Part shown: one piece after another, positions 24,527-33,605 of the stretch
Layout of the letters: every line of letters starts with the position of its first letter
How positions within the stretch are numbered: position 1 is the first letter of the stretch
From: a virus
IMG/VR virus record: IMGVR_UViG_3300045988_155520
Span: 1 to 64,000 of that record
Direction: 5' to 3' (one strand)
Length of the DNA stretch: 64,000 bases
Program-made: the position numbers and the translations under genes
The notes under the pieces: model-generated
Database searches by the model: none
Told to the model about the DNA's origin: nothing
The model's input: the letters and a program-made list of their open reading frames with translations, nothing else

Positions 24527-24813
24527 ATACTAAATCTTTTATAGAAATCATTTAAAATGACTTGGAAGTCTTCTGGTTTATTAACACTAAAACCGTTTTT
24601 ACCAGTTTCTATTTTCATAAACCAATCTTCTTCTCCGCATGCCGAATTTATCATTGTCAAAGTCAAACTTTCTCCTTCTTCTTCATCACCATCTACTGTA
24701 TTAGCTTCCTGCCAATATGTCATTTGGAAACTTGATACACCTACTTCATTATATTTAGGAGTAATATTCTTGACAATTTTAATATCGTCAATATTTTCTT
24801 TTGGGGTATTCAT
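24523..24813 (-). CDS. hypothetical acidic protein
   Basis: ATG ORF overlapping clpP by 4 nt. Confidence 0.55.
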   Translation of the reverse strand: MNTPKENIDDIKIVKNITPKYNEVGVSSFQMTYWQEANTVDGDEEEGESLTLTMINSACGEEDWFMKIETGKNGFSVNKPEDFQVILNDFYKRFSI

Positions 24814-25678
24814 AGACTTTATTTTTATTTAAAAATTCATTTCTCAACTGTTTCGTTTCTCTTTTATCTTTACCTAAAATAAAAGCATATTTATATTTAG
24901 ATGGAAAATAAATCTTTTCAGATTCTGCAAACATTTTCTTAGAATATTCTCTTAATTCTTTTTCAATGTCGTCAGGTATATTCTCCCAAAGCATACGTTG
25001 ACTATTAGACCAGTTCTTTTGCCACTCTATACCAAGGTCTTTAGCATAACGTTTATAAAAACTCTTTGACCTAAAAGCTCTATCCGTCATAATCTTTTCT
25101 GGATTATATGGATTAACACATCTTACATTTGTTCCACTTCCAGCCCCTAAAAAGTAAAAGTTGAGTGCTTGGTATATAGAACCATTTTCTTTCGCTTGTA
25201 GGTCACTATAACAGGTAAATAGGCGATATTGTGTATTCTTAGTCATCCACTTGATACACCACATTAAGAACTTACTTCCAAGATTCATCGGTGTCCATGA
25301 TGCACTTGCGCCACGTGCTATAAGACGTTCTATATCTTTAGTCTTATCACCTAATAGTTTACTGAAAGCATTTGGCATACCAATAATGATTACACCGCCT
25401 AAAATACCTTTATAGCGTGCTGCAAACCAATGTGTTGGGTAACTTCCTACAGTACCAAGCCATTCATAACGTTTGATAAAATCTGTTGCTTCTTTTTTTT
25501 CTTCTTTGGTGGTAATAAAAGAAAATTCAAATTCGTCAAGATTGATGTTTTTTATATCTTCATCAGTCCATCCAAGTATTTCTTTATCTTCTTCTAAAGT
25601 ATCTAAACGTCTTTGATATTGATAACACCATGGACTTTTAAAGTCCTTAATTTTATTTAGTAAGCTTATATCGCCCAT
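24788..25678 (-). CDS. hypothetical protein, possible GNAT/Mom-like acyltransferase fold
   Basis: LFTCYSDLQAKENGSIYQALNFYFLG resembles the ...D...G.iYqA.nf.y.G motif of Mom-like phage acyltransferases. Weak. Confidence 0.55.
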   Translation of the reverse strand: MGDISLLNKIKDFKSPWCYQYQRRLDTLEEDKEILGWTDEDIKNINLDEFEFSFITTKEEKKEATDFIKRYEWLGTVGSYPTHWFAARYKGILGGVIIIGMPNAFSKLLGDKTKDIERLIARGASASWTPMNLGSKFLMWCIKWMTKNTQYRLFTCYSDLQAKENGSIYQALNFYFLGAGSGTNVRCVNPYNPEKIMTDRAFRSKSFYKRYAKDLGIEWQKNWSNSQRMLWENIPDDIEKELREYSKKMFAESEKIYFPSKYKYAFILGKDKRETKQLRNEFLNKNKVYEYPKRKY

Positions 25679-25692
25679 TTTATTAATTTATA

Positions 25693-26298
25693 TTAACTAT
25701 TAATGTAGTTTAATAGTTCTTCATTTGTTTCAAATTTATCACGGAATGATTTTCTAATCGTACTAAATTCTAAATCTATATTTCCACTGATTTCACCATT
25801 TTTATAGCCAAAGAAAATGAAACCTCCAGATAACTTAGCATTTCCACTCACAACTAAATTGCCATAAATTTCACCACCATCCAAAACAGCGTTATCTTTA
25901 ATTACGTTTTCTCCATAAATATCAGTAAATTCAACGACAGCGTTATCAGTAACAATAGCAGAAGACGCAAGTTTAGCATTGTTTGTCAACACTGCGTTCT
26001 TAGATACAACAGCTGCTCCTCTCAAAATAGCTCCATCCATCACTTTAGCATTATTTTTAACTTTAGAGTCATCTCCAGCTATAGATTTATCATATATCCA
26101 ACAATTTCCACTATGGCTTAGATTTTTTTGAGATTGGATATACCCTCCTAAATCACCTTTCTTTACATCTCCAAAATCACGTAATGCTTGTATTCTATAC
26201 AGTCTATATTCTTCTTGCATTTCACTTTCATCTTCACTATCATAGTATAAATGAATGTCAATATAATCATCTTTTAAAAGTTTATACTTCTTTTCCAT
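25693..26298 (-). CDS. hypothetical protein with beta-helix-type (hexapeptide-like) repeats
   Basis: NNAKVMDGAILRGAAVVSKNAVLTNNAKLASSAIVTDNAVV shows short-period repeats. Confidence 0.6.
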   Translation of the reverse strand: MEKKYKLLKDDYIDIHLYYDSEDESEMQEEYRLYRIQALRDFGDVKKGDLGGYIQSQKNLSHSGNCWIYDKSIAGDDSKVKNNAKVMDGAILRGAAVVSKNAVLTNNAKLASSAIVTDNAVVEFTDIYGENVIKDNAVLDGGEIYGNLVVSGNAKLSGGFIFFGYKNGEISGNIDLEFSTIRKSFRDKFETNEELLNYINS

Positions 26299-26365
26299 TG
26301 TATTCTGTATTGGTAAAATGAATAAAAGGAACTGCTACAAAATATCTATAACAGTTCCATAATCT

Positions 26366-26839
26366 TTAAGCTTGCATATTCTTTTTGTTCTTCTTTGCTT
26401 CTTTCTCTTCACGCTTACGCTCTTTCTCCTCTTCGGCAATATCTTCAATCGTGATTAAAGAAGTCTCAATAGTGTCCAAATAGTCATCATGTTTAATTCT
26501 CATACGGAGTACTTCTCCATATTGACTATTATCTACTGAAAGGCGGTCTTTCTCTGAATCATAACTTACCTTTGATAAAGCACCCTCAATAAGGTCTTCT
26601 TTCATCTTATCTGAAAGTCTATCCAATGCATCCTCATAGATAATCATATTAATACCTGACTCACTCTTTGTCTTAAACTTCTCTGTTGCACCAATCTGTC
26701 GTACTTCTACAACACTATTAGCATTAGTTGTTGACATGACATTGAGTCTAACACCTACTGATGCAAGACCAGTCTCTTGGAATTTCTTTTCAGCAATCTC
26801 TACGATGTCTGAACTTGTAGCAAAAATTTTCTTGCCCAT
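26366..26839 (-). CDS. hypothetical protein with a K/E-rich tail
   Basis: ATG ORF with a -7 box upstream. Confidence 0.6.
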   Translation of the reverse strand: MGKKIFATSSDIVEIAEKKFQETGLASVGVRLNVMSTTNANSVVEVRQIGATEKFKTKSESGINMIIYEDALDRLSDKMKEDLIEGALSKVSYDSEKDRLSVDNSQYGEVLRMRIKHDDYLDTIETSLITIEDIAEEEKERKREEKEAKKNKKNMQA

Positions 26840-26866
26840 ATTGCTTAAAATTTTAAATTAACAATG

Positions 26867-26874
26867 CAAAGATA
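26867..26874 (-). promoter_or_regulatory. -7 promoter box
   Basis: RC TATCTTTG, 27 nt upstream of the ATG at 26839. Confidence 0.5.
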
Positions 26875-26939
26875 CATATTTTTTTTAATATTAGCAAAAT
26901 ATTTATCGAAAATATTATTTTTTTCTTATTTTTTATAGC

Positions 26940-27629
26940 ATGAAACCCAAGAAGAATAAATATCACATTATATTAACTAAGAACGGTAAACAAATAGATG
27001 ATATATACTGGTGTGGTAATATCGAGAGAGTTTACAGTCGTTTTGAAGCGTTAAAGGATAAAAGTAATAAAGTTCTTTTTCCAGTTCGTTGGACTCATCA
27101 AAATAAAAAACTTGTTGAAACAAAATATGAATTATTCATTATAGAGTATAATGATTCTAATACTAATGATATCGTAAGGTTAAGAGATGAGTACGGAAAG
27201 TTTATAAAATACGAAACAAATCATAATTCATGGAGAGTATTTGATAAAGCTGATTACGACAAAGAAGAAACTTTTTGGATATATGGTTATCACCCTTTAT
27301 TTGAACGTAAAGATTTTAAATGGGTATTTGACAATTTGATTTATAGGGATAAAAAGAATAAGTATAATTTCAAACAAATATTAGTTTACAACAATAAATT
27401 ACTTATTGATACCAATGGGAATATTGAAATAGTTCTTACAAAGAATAAAAAAGACTGTATACGTTTATATAATACTATACAGGATAAATGTGAGAACGAG
27501 AAATTTCGTTATATTGCTTTTTGTGGAGATTTAAATAAAAGCAAGTTAAAGGGTGATTGGATAAATAAGATTGAAGAGAAAACTGGTTGGGATAGAGAAA
27601 AAGTTAAAAGAACAAAGACGAGAAATTAA
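26940..27629 (+). CDS. hypothetical protein
   Basis: ATG ORF on a plus-strand island, followed by a hairpin. Confidence 0.6.
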   Translation: MKPKKNKYHIILTKNGKQIDDIYWCGNIERVYSRFEALKDKSNKVLFPVRWTHQNKKLVETKYELFIIEYNDSNTNDIVRLRDEYGKFIKYETNHNSWRVFDKADYDKEETFWIYGYHPLFERKDFKWVFDNLIYRDKKNKYNFKQILVYNNKLLIDTNGNIEIVLTKNKKDCIRLYNTIQDKCENEKFRYIAFCGDLNKSKLKGDWINKIEEKTGWDREKVKRTKTRN

Positions 27630-27630
27630 A

Positions 27631-27659
27631 AAAGCGACGAACTAAATGGTTGTCGCTTT
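27631..27659 (+). terminator. hairpin terminator
   Basis: AAAGCGAC (27631-38) / GTCGCTTT (27652-59), then a T-rich tract. Confidence 0.45.
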
Positions 27660-27668
27660 CTGTTTGTG

Positions 27669-27903
27669 TGAACTACACTCAGTCTAAAGACTTATGTGCT
27701 TCGGGCTTCACGGAGGAATGACTTTCCTAATTGTTAGTTCTTACTTCCTCTCCACCCGTGTAATCGACAGTCCCTGCCGATGTAATTGCTATTACTTTGT
27801 AAAGATACAAAGAAATTTTTAAACTACAACATTTTTATTGCATTTTTTTAGAAAAAAATAGTACCTTACATCCCATAAGCTAAAGACTTGTGGGTTTTAC
27901 GGC
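27669..27903 (-). mobile_element. tnpB-deleted IS200/IS605-type element: omega-RNA-like module, relic tnpB promoter and left-end hairpin
   Basis: 27669..27781 aligns with 17148..17260. 27796..27830 resembles the tnpB promoter region at 18362..18395. 27860..27903 matches the left-end hairpin segment of 4496..4538. Confidence 0.6.
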
Positions 27904-28140
27904 ACATTGTATAATTATTGAAACGTTTGGAAAAGAGATTTGAATTTCATTATCTGATGGAATAAAATCTTCTCCTTTTGGATTTTGTCTATAATATAAG
28001 TCTTCATCTATTTTTCTCAGTTCTTCTTTATTAACTTTTATATTGAGTACGCCACCTTTTGTTATGCCACAATCATGAAGAAATGTTGAAATATGATTAC
28101 CTAATTCAAATATTTTGTAACTATTTAATGTAAGTTCCAT
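27880..28140 (-). CDS. hypothetical protein; last 8 codons and stop lie inside the miniature IS
   Basis: ATG ORF whose 3' end overlaps 27880..27903 of the element. Confidence 0.5.
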   Translation of the reverse strand: MELTLNSYKIFELGNHISTFLHDCGITKGGVLNIKVNKEELRKIDEDLYYRQNPKGEDFIPSDNEIQISFPNVSIIIQCAVKPTSL

Positions 28141-28142
28141 GA

Positions 28143-28382
28143 TTAAAAAAAATCAAAAATTTTATCAGTTATTCTTTTCAAAGAGTACTTAACTTTTTCC
28201 AATTTAGAAATGGTTATTTTTTTCTTACCACTTATAACTTCCATCATATCTTTGCCCATTGCACCATTTAATTTATTAGCTATATTTTCCTGCTGTTGGG
28301 CAATATTTCTTTCAGTCATTTTTTGGTCGTTTTTAAGTCCTCTAAGCTCTTTATTTAGTTCGTAGCTACTGTTGTTAGTCAT
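28143..28382 (-). CDS. hypothetical coiled-coil protein
   Basis: ATG ORF. Confidence 0.5.
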   Translation of the reverse strand: MTNNSSYELNKELRGLKNDQKMTERNIAQQQENIANKLNGAMGKDMMEVISGKKKITISKLEKVKYSLKRITDKIFDFF

Positions 28383-28719
28383 TACCTTCTAACGCCTCCT
28401 GTACGCTATTTAAAAGCCATACAATACCAGATGTAAAGCATAAGTCAATGAAAATAATAATATACCATGGTAAGCTATCACCAAAGATGATATTTCCTGC
28501 TGTAAACGGTATTGTTGGGAAAATAAAAATATTGAGTAATGATGTTACCCAACCTACATTTGCGCTTGTACACATCATGCAATCAAAAACATTACCTATT
28601 GGTCCTAAATAACGTTTTGTTGCCGTTCTAAATATATCAATAATATCAAGTGGTCCACTTGCATACACAAGCATATTGGATAGACCGTATGCAAATAAAA
28701 TATAAATTATAAGTGTCAT
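28375..28719 (-). CDS. integral membrane protein (DUF1360-like pattern)
   Basis: Three or four hydrophobic segments. DCMMCTSANVGW recalls the C-x-x-C..W motif of DUF1360. Confidence 0.5.
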   Translation of the reverse strand: MTLIIYILFAYGLSNMLVYASGPLDIIDIFRTATKRYLGPIGNVFDCMMCTSANVGWVTSLLNIFIFPTIPFTAGNIIFGDSLPWYIIIFIDLCFTSGIVWLLNSVQEALEGND

Positions 28720-29255
28720 TATTCTGTTTCTTTATCTTCAGTTATTTCTAAATTATTATTACCACTAATAACATCTGAATCAGTGTTATTAATTACTGTT
28801 TCTTCATTTTCGTTTGTTTCTACAAAATCATTAACTTTATTTGTTTCTTCTTTCTTATCTATTTTCTTTGATGTTTTTTTTCTTTTCTTCTTTGGTTTTG
28901 TGGTTACAAATTTCAATGTTTCCAATTCTTCAATTGTTTTATCTTTAAAGAAATCTTTTAGTTCTTCTATTTTTGTCTTTAATAGTTGAACTTTATTTAC
29001 CACGCTTTCATTCATATTTTTCGTCTCTATAATGAGTTGAAAAATCTCTTCTAATTTAACGTTATCTGAATCAGCATAATAGAAATATTCGTTCTGATTA
29101 GTTTCCGATTGTGCTGGTTTGATACGTCCATCTTCACTTGCATATACTCCCCATTTATTTGGGAAAAGTACTTTAACTATTAAGGCTTTATTGTAACGTT
29201 CAATACCCTCAAAATAGTCTCCTAATTCTTTAATATGTTCTTCTATTTGTAACAT
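28719..29255 (-). CDS. hypothetical protein with a K-rich and acidic tail
   Basis: ATG ORF. Confidence 0.55.
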   Translation of the reverse strand: MLQIEEHIKELGDYFEGIERYNKALIVKVLFPNKWGVYASEDGRIKPAQSETNQNEYFYYADSDNVKLEEIFQLIIETKNMNESVVNKVQLLKTKIEELKDFFKDKTIEELETLKFVTTKPKKKRKKTSKKIDKKEETNKVNDFVETNENEETVINNTDSDVISGNNNLEITEDKETE

Positions 29256-29269
29256 TATCTATATTTTGT

Positions 29270-29464
29270 TTAAAATCCAAGAATAATCATGGTTAGTATA
29301 TATGAGATAGAAAATCCTAAATATGTTAATCTCCAGCCTGTAATTTCAACTTTACCACTTCTCATTTTTATTACTTTTATAACACCAAATATTTCTCTGA
29401 ATACTTCCAAAAATGAAAGTATGAACACAAAGACTTCTAAATACATTAAACCGTTTAATACCAT
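29270..29464 (-). CDS. small two-TM membrane protein
   Basis: 64 aa with two hydrophobic helices. Confidence 0.4.
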   Translation of the reverse strand: MVLNGLMYLEVFVFILSFLEVFREIFGVIKVIKMRSGKVEITGWRLTYLGFSISYILTMIILGF

Positions 29465-29535
29465 AAATAATTTTTATAAAAAATAAAAAAAATCCTCAGA
29501 TTTTAAATAAATAATCTAAGGATTTTACGTAAAAA

Positions 29536-30234
29536 TTATTTTGTTAAGTCAAACATAACTCCGACTCCAATAGTCATACCCATATTTTTATGAATTGGGT
29601 CATATCCTACACTTACACTCGGTCCAGCTTTAAAACGTTTCCAAAAACCTTTTTTCTCTTTCTTTTTATAAGTGGTTACATCTGTAATATTACCTTTATT
29701 AGACGTATCCATTGTTAGGTGATTAGTACCGTCACTTGCTGTTTTATTTACCAAGGTAAATTTTTCTTTGATGGTAGTTTTAAGTTCATACCATTCTGGT
29801 CTTGATACACTTCCTATTTTTAAAGTATAAGATAAGCTATCATTATCTTGACTTTTATATTCATATACTTTAATAGTATCTTTCTTATTAATAACTTTTT
29901 CTACATCTTCTCTAACTGGTTTGTTAGTAATTTTACCTGTATTATAAGTTTTTTGATATTTGAATTGTGTCAAGTATGATATTTGCTCTTTATATGCTTT
30001 TAAAGAATCATATAGAGTTTTATTCTCTTTCTTTAAATCTTTAAATTTCTTTTCTTGATATATTTTATGGTATGTGCCGTTACTATCTGTATATTCAACA
30101 TTAGTTAATATTTTGTCTCGTTTTGATATATTGTTATCACACTTAGAGGCTAAAACTATTAAAATACATGTTATTGTTAAGACACCAATAATATACCAAT
30201 ATTTTTTTATCAAGGCTTTTATTTTATTTACCAT
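29536..30234 (-). CDS. membrane-anchored protein (N-terminal TM)
   Basis: KKYWYIIGVLTITCILIVLASKC anchor. Confidence 0.55.
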   Translation of the reverse strand: MVNKIKALIKKYWYIIGVLTITCILIVLASKCDNNISKRDKILTNVEYTDSNGTYHKIYQEKKFKDLKKENKTLYDSLKAYKEQISYLTQFKYQKTYNTGKITNKPVREDVEKVINKKDTIKVYEYKSQDNDSLSYTLKIGSVSRPEWYELKTTIKEKFTLVNKTASDGTNHLTMDTSNKGNITDVTTYKKKEKKGFWKRFKAGPSVSVGYDPIHKNMGMTIGVGVMFDLTK

Positions 30235-30998
30235 GTCTTATATCTATCTTTTTCTAATTTTAAAACTTTTAAATCAAGTAATGGACTTACTATATCTGAT
30301 AATTTTTCTAAAGATTGTCTCATTTCTGGTTTATTTCTTAATGGTAAATTTTTATCAAAAAATAGGCAAAGAAAACCAATAGTACGCCCACCACTTTTAA
30401 GTATAACACTTGATATATATTTACCACCAATACTATCTACTACCCCAGCAAACCTTGAATCTATCATTCTTGCGTCTTCTGTAGTACCGATAAACATACC
30501 ATTCTTAGCAACATAATAAGGCATTTGATAATGAGTTAAAGGTATATTTTGAAATCTATCACTTACAAAATTTATATCTTTATCATTCTCGTTTATTGCT
30601 TCATAAGACATGTCTACATATCTAAATGGTAAATTAGTTGCATTTTCCTTACCGTTATGTACTTCAAATATAGCAACTCTTGAAGCATTACTTGTGTATA
30701 GAATTTTTTTTAATTCGTTATTTATCCGTGGCGTTACCGCATCACGAATTTTCATATTAGCTTCATCTTCTTTCTCTTTCCTTACAATTTCATTTAGCAT
30801 TTTATTAAGAGTATTCTGGTCATTACCTATTTTATATACCCACCAACCTACACCTGATAAAAGTATTACGATTGTAAAGAAAGATAATATTTTTGCAAGT
30901 TCACTAACTTTTGCATGTCCAACCCATTGGATAGTTTTGACAATATAATTTACTATACTGTCCCACTTACCCAATGTTCCAGTTTCATTTTTGTTCAT
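30228..30998 (-). CDS. membrane-anchored protein with a GAF-like C-terminal region
   Basis: TM segment FFTIVILLSGVGWWVY. The soluble domain is unassigned. Confidence 0.55.
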   Translation of the reverse strand: MNKNETGTLGKWDSIVNYIVKTIQWVGHAKVSELAKILSFFTIVILLSGVGWWVYKIGNDQNTLNKMLNEIVRKEKEDEANMKIRDAVTPRINNELKKILYTSNASRVAIFEVHNGKENATNLPFRYVDMSYEAINENDKDINFVSDRFQNIPLTHYQMPYYVAKNGMFIGTTEDARMIDSRFAGVVDSIGGKYISSVILKSGGRTIGFLCLFFDKNLPLRNKPEMRQSLEKLSDIVSPLLDLKVLKLEKDRYKTW

Positions 30999-31027
30999 TT
31001 TAAAAAAAACATTGTTTTATGTTCAGA

Positions 31028-31855
31028 TTATTTCATGAGTTTGCGAGCTTTGTCTAACATCGTATCAAACTCTGTATTTTCGTTCATCCTATTATTAGGA
31101 GTACTTTTCTTATTATAATCGGAACACTTATAATTAAACAAATGTTTAATATGATTCATTTCTTCATTGATAATCTTATCACCCATTTTCTTCTTAACAT
31201 CAGCACCTTCATTATGCCATTCTACAAGATATTCAGTATTATTAGAATCTCTCATAATGAAGCGATTGTTTTCAGTTTTCATGCTATCAGGAATATTTGA
31301 TAACATGTGGTTTTCTGATAAGAATGCTCTATGGAACGTTAATCTTTTAATTTTATTTTCGTGAACAGTTTTTTGTAGATTCTCTACTTCTTTTTTATCG
31401 AGTTTGCTTCCAGTAAGACCTATTTCAGTAGCAGTAGTCTTACCTTTCTTTAATTTATCAGCATGTTCTTTACGTTTCTTCTCATCATCATCTGTTCCAA
31501 AAGTAGCATTTCCAAACTCATCATTTTTATGGAGTTTTTCAGCTTCTTCTGAAGCATAACCTTTCATCTGTGCTTTTACTCTTTTAGAGAAAGGTTCTGA
31601 TATATTATCGTAACGTAAATCACTCATACTTGCATTATCATCATTGGAACGTCCACCATCATAGTTCGTTCTTTCTTTTTTAGATACCTTACTGTTGAAG
31701 TTCTCTGTATCTTTCATGATGTCCTTGTAAGCCTTGTCATTAATTTTCTTATCTTCGTTTGATACGTTGTCACCAAAAACAGGCTTAAATTCATTCTTCT
31801 CTCCTGCACTTTCCCTGATGGCACGTCTTAACTCGCCTACTTTAAATGTTTTCAT
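31028..31855 (-). CDS. hypothetical charged protein
   Basis: ATG ORF. Confidence 0.6.
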   Translation of the reverse strand: MKTFKVGELRRAIRESAGEKNEFKPVFGDNVSNEDKKINDKAYKDIMKDTENFNSKVSKKERTNYDGGRSNDDNASMSDLRYDNISEPFSKRVKAQMKGYASEEAEKLHKNDEFGNATFGTDDDEKKRKEHADKLKKGKTTATEIGLTGSKLDKKEVENLQKTVHENKIKRLTFHRAFLSENHMLSNIPDSMKTENNRFIMRDSNNTEYLVEWHNEGADVKKKMGDKIINEEMNHIKHLFNYKCSDYNKKSTPNNRMNENTEFDTMLDKARKLMK

Positions 31856-31869
31856 AAAATATCTTTTAT

Positions 31870-32046
31870 TTAAATTATATTCACACTATTTAGGTGAAGA
31901 CCTCTCAACATTTGTTCAAACATAAGTTTGGTATATTTTTCGTTATCTTCACCATTTGCTATTTCCTCTTTTATTTGTTTATCAATGTCTTGTATTTTTT
32001 TAACAACATCATTGTTTGAGTAATAGTCATTGTAGTTTATTTCCAT
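31870..32046 (-). CDS. possible small protein (58 aa, below the track cutoff)
   Basis: An uninterrupted ATG...TAA ORF (MEINYNDYYSNNDVVKKIQD...) fills an otherwise empty 180-nt gap. Confidence 0.35.
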   Translation of the reverse strand: MEINYNDYYSNNDVVKKIQDIDKQIKEEIANGEDNEKYTKLMFEQMLRGLHLNSVNII

Positions 32047-32327
32047 TTCTGATTTGTGTTCTTTTTTTCTTTTTTACTACCAGCTGTTTCACATGTATCT
32101 TCTTCGTTTCCAGCAGTCCAAAAGTTTCTTCTCAGTGGTTGTCCACTATTAACAGGTGCATCGTATTCGTACCCATTTCCGTTACCGTTACCAGAACTTA
32201 CACCTACTGTCATGGTACTTGTAGCGCCACCACCAATACCACCATCCATTTCATTCATCATACGTCTTGTTACACGTTTGATTAATCTATGTAGGTCATT
32301 TTCGGTTAAAGTATATAACTTTTTCAT
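32037..32327 (-). CDS. hypothetical protein with the N-terminal LTENDLHRLIK motif
   Basis: The first ATG gives MKKLYTLTENDLHRLIKR. The track start at 32351 is a TTG that lies inside the IS end. Confidence 0.55.
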   Translation of the reverse strand: MKKLYTLTENDLHRLIKRVTRRMMNEMDGGIGGGATSTMTVGVSSGNGNGNGYEYDAPVNSGQPLRRNFWTAGNEEDTCETAGSKKEKKNTNQKWK

Positions 32328-32458
32328 AAAATTTGGTTCATAGAAACCCAAAAGTCTTTAGATTTTGGGAGGAATTGAACCACTATTCCCTCTTTTAGTT
32401 ATCTTAATATAAATATAAATATTTCTTTCAAATATTTTATTTATTCAAATTTATTTTG

Positions 32459-32466
32459 TATCTTTG
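32459..32466 (+). promoter_or_regulatory. -7 promoter box of the second tnpB (near-leaderless)
   Basis: TATCTTTG, 4 nt before the ATG at 32471. Confidence 0.5.
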
Positions 32467-32470
32467 CAGT

Positions 32471-33604
32471 ATGAAATTGACTTTGCAGATTAAACTGCTT
32501 CCGACTGACAAACAAGCTATAATGCTGAAAAATACTTTCAGCGTTTTCAATGAGGCTTGTAACGCTATTTCGCAGATAGCGTGGGAACGTCATGTATTCC
32601 AGCAATTTAGCCTGCATAAGGAAGTATATTATCAAACTAAAGAAACATATCACCTGTCTTCCCAACTTGTTGTACGTGCTATCAGCAAGGTTGCCGATAC
32701 ATACAAACTTGACAGGAAAAAGAAACGACACTTTAGAGAGTTTGGTGCTATCACTTATGATAGTCGTGTACTATCATATAAGACCACCAAAACTGTATGT
32801 TCCATGTCACTTGTTGGGAGTCGTGAAAAGATAGCATATACTTGCTACCGTCCACAACTCATGCAGTATGCTAAAGGTGAAGCTGACCTCGTGCTTATCA
32901 GAGGGAAGTTCTATTTGCACCAGACAATAGACATCCCTGATGAGAAAGAAGAAATTGCAGATGAATTTATTGGTGTTGACATGGGTCTTACCGATATCGT
33001 TTCTCTATCTGATGGAACTAATATATCTTCCAAAGAAGTCAAAATCATAAGAAATAAATACAACAAAGTGAGAGCTTCTGTTCAGTCTAAAGGCACACGT
33101 AACTGTCATAAGTTACTGAAACGGTTAAAAGGGCGTGAAAGAAGATTTGCCACTATTACCAATCACCGTATAAGCAAACAAATTGTAGCTAAAGCAAAAA
33201 AAGAACACAAGGGCATTGCCATTGAGGATTTGAAGAATATCCGCTGGGGTATGAACACTAAGAAACGTAATAAAACATTTCGCAGAAGAAGCAACTCTTG
33301 GTCTTTCTATCAACTCCGTTCTTTCCTTGAATACAAATGTAAGATTACTGGCATCAAGATTGTTGCTGTTCCTCCAGCTTATACGTCACAGACTTGTAAT
33401 GAGTGTGGTCACATTGGCATTCGTAATGGTAAACACTTCCGTTGTACACACTGTGGTAATGTTTTAGATGCAGATGTTAATGCTGCTAAGAATATTGCTA
33501 CATGGGGGTATGTAAACACCCATGAAAGATGGGAATTATTGTCTTGTTATATAAATGATAATAATTTCACGTCTAAAGTCCGCAAATCTTTAGTTTGTGG
33601 ATAG
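32471..33604 (+). CDS. tnpB: TnpB (IS605 OrfB family, second subtype), RuvC triad intact
   Basis: D (GVDMGLTDI), E (IAIEDLKNI), Zn finger CNECGH...CTHCG, and D (DADVNAAKNI). The track start at 32456 is a TTG. Confidence 0.9.
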   Translation: MKLTLQIKLLPTDKQAIMLKNTFSVFNEACNAISQIAWERHVFQQFSLHKEVYYQTKETYHLSSQLVVRAISKVADTYKLDRKKKRHFREFGAITYDSRVLSYKTTKTVCSMSLVGSREKIAYTCYRPQLMQYAKGEADLVLIRGKFYLHQTIDIPDEKEEIADEFIGVDMGLTDIVSLSDGTNISSKEVKIIRNKYNKVRASVQSKGTRNCHKLLKRLKGRERRFATITNHRISKQIVAKAKKEHKGIAIEDLKNIRWGMNTKKRNKTFRRRSNSWSFYQLRSFLEYKCKITGIKIVAVPPAYTSQTCNECGHIGIRNGKHFRCTHCGNVLDADVNAAKNIATWGYVNTHERWELLSCYINDNNFTSKVRKSLVCG

Positions 33605-33605
33605 T

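Noticed and set aside
32937-32944. CTGATGAG hammerhead-core-like motif
   Set aside because: It lies inside the tnpB coding sequence, without the matching GAAA and helices needed for a hammerhead fold.
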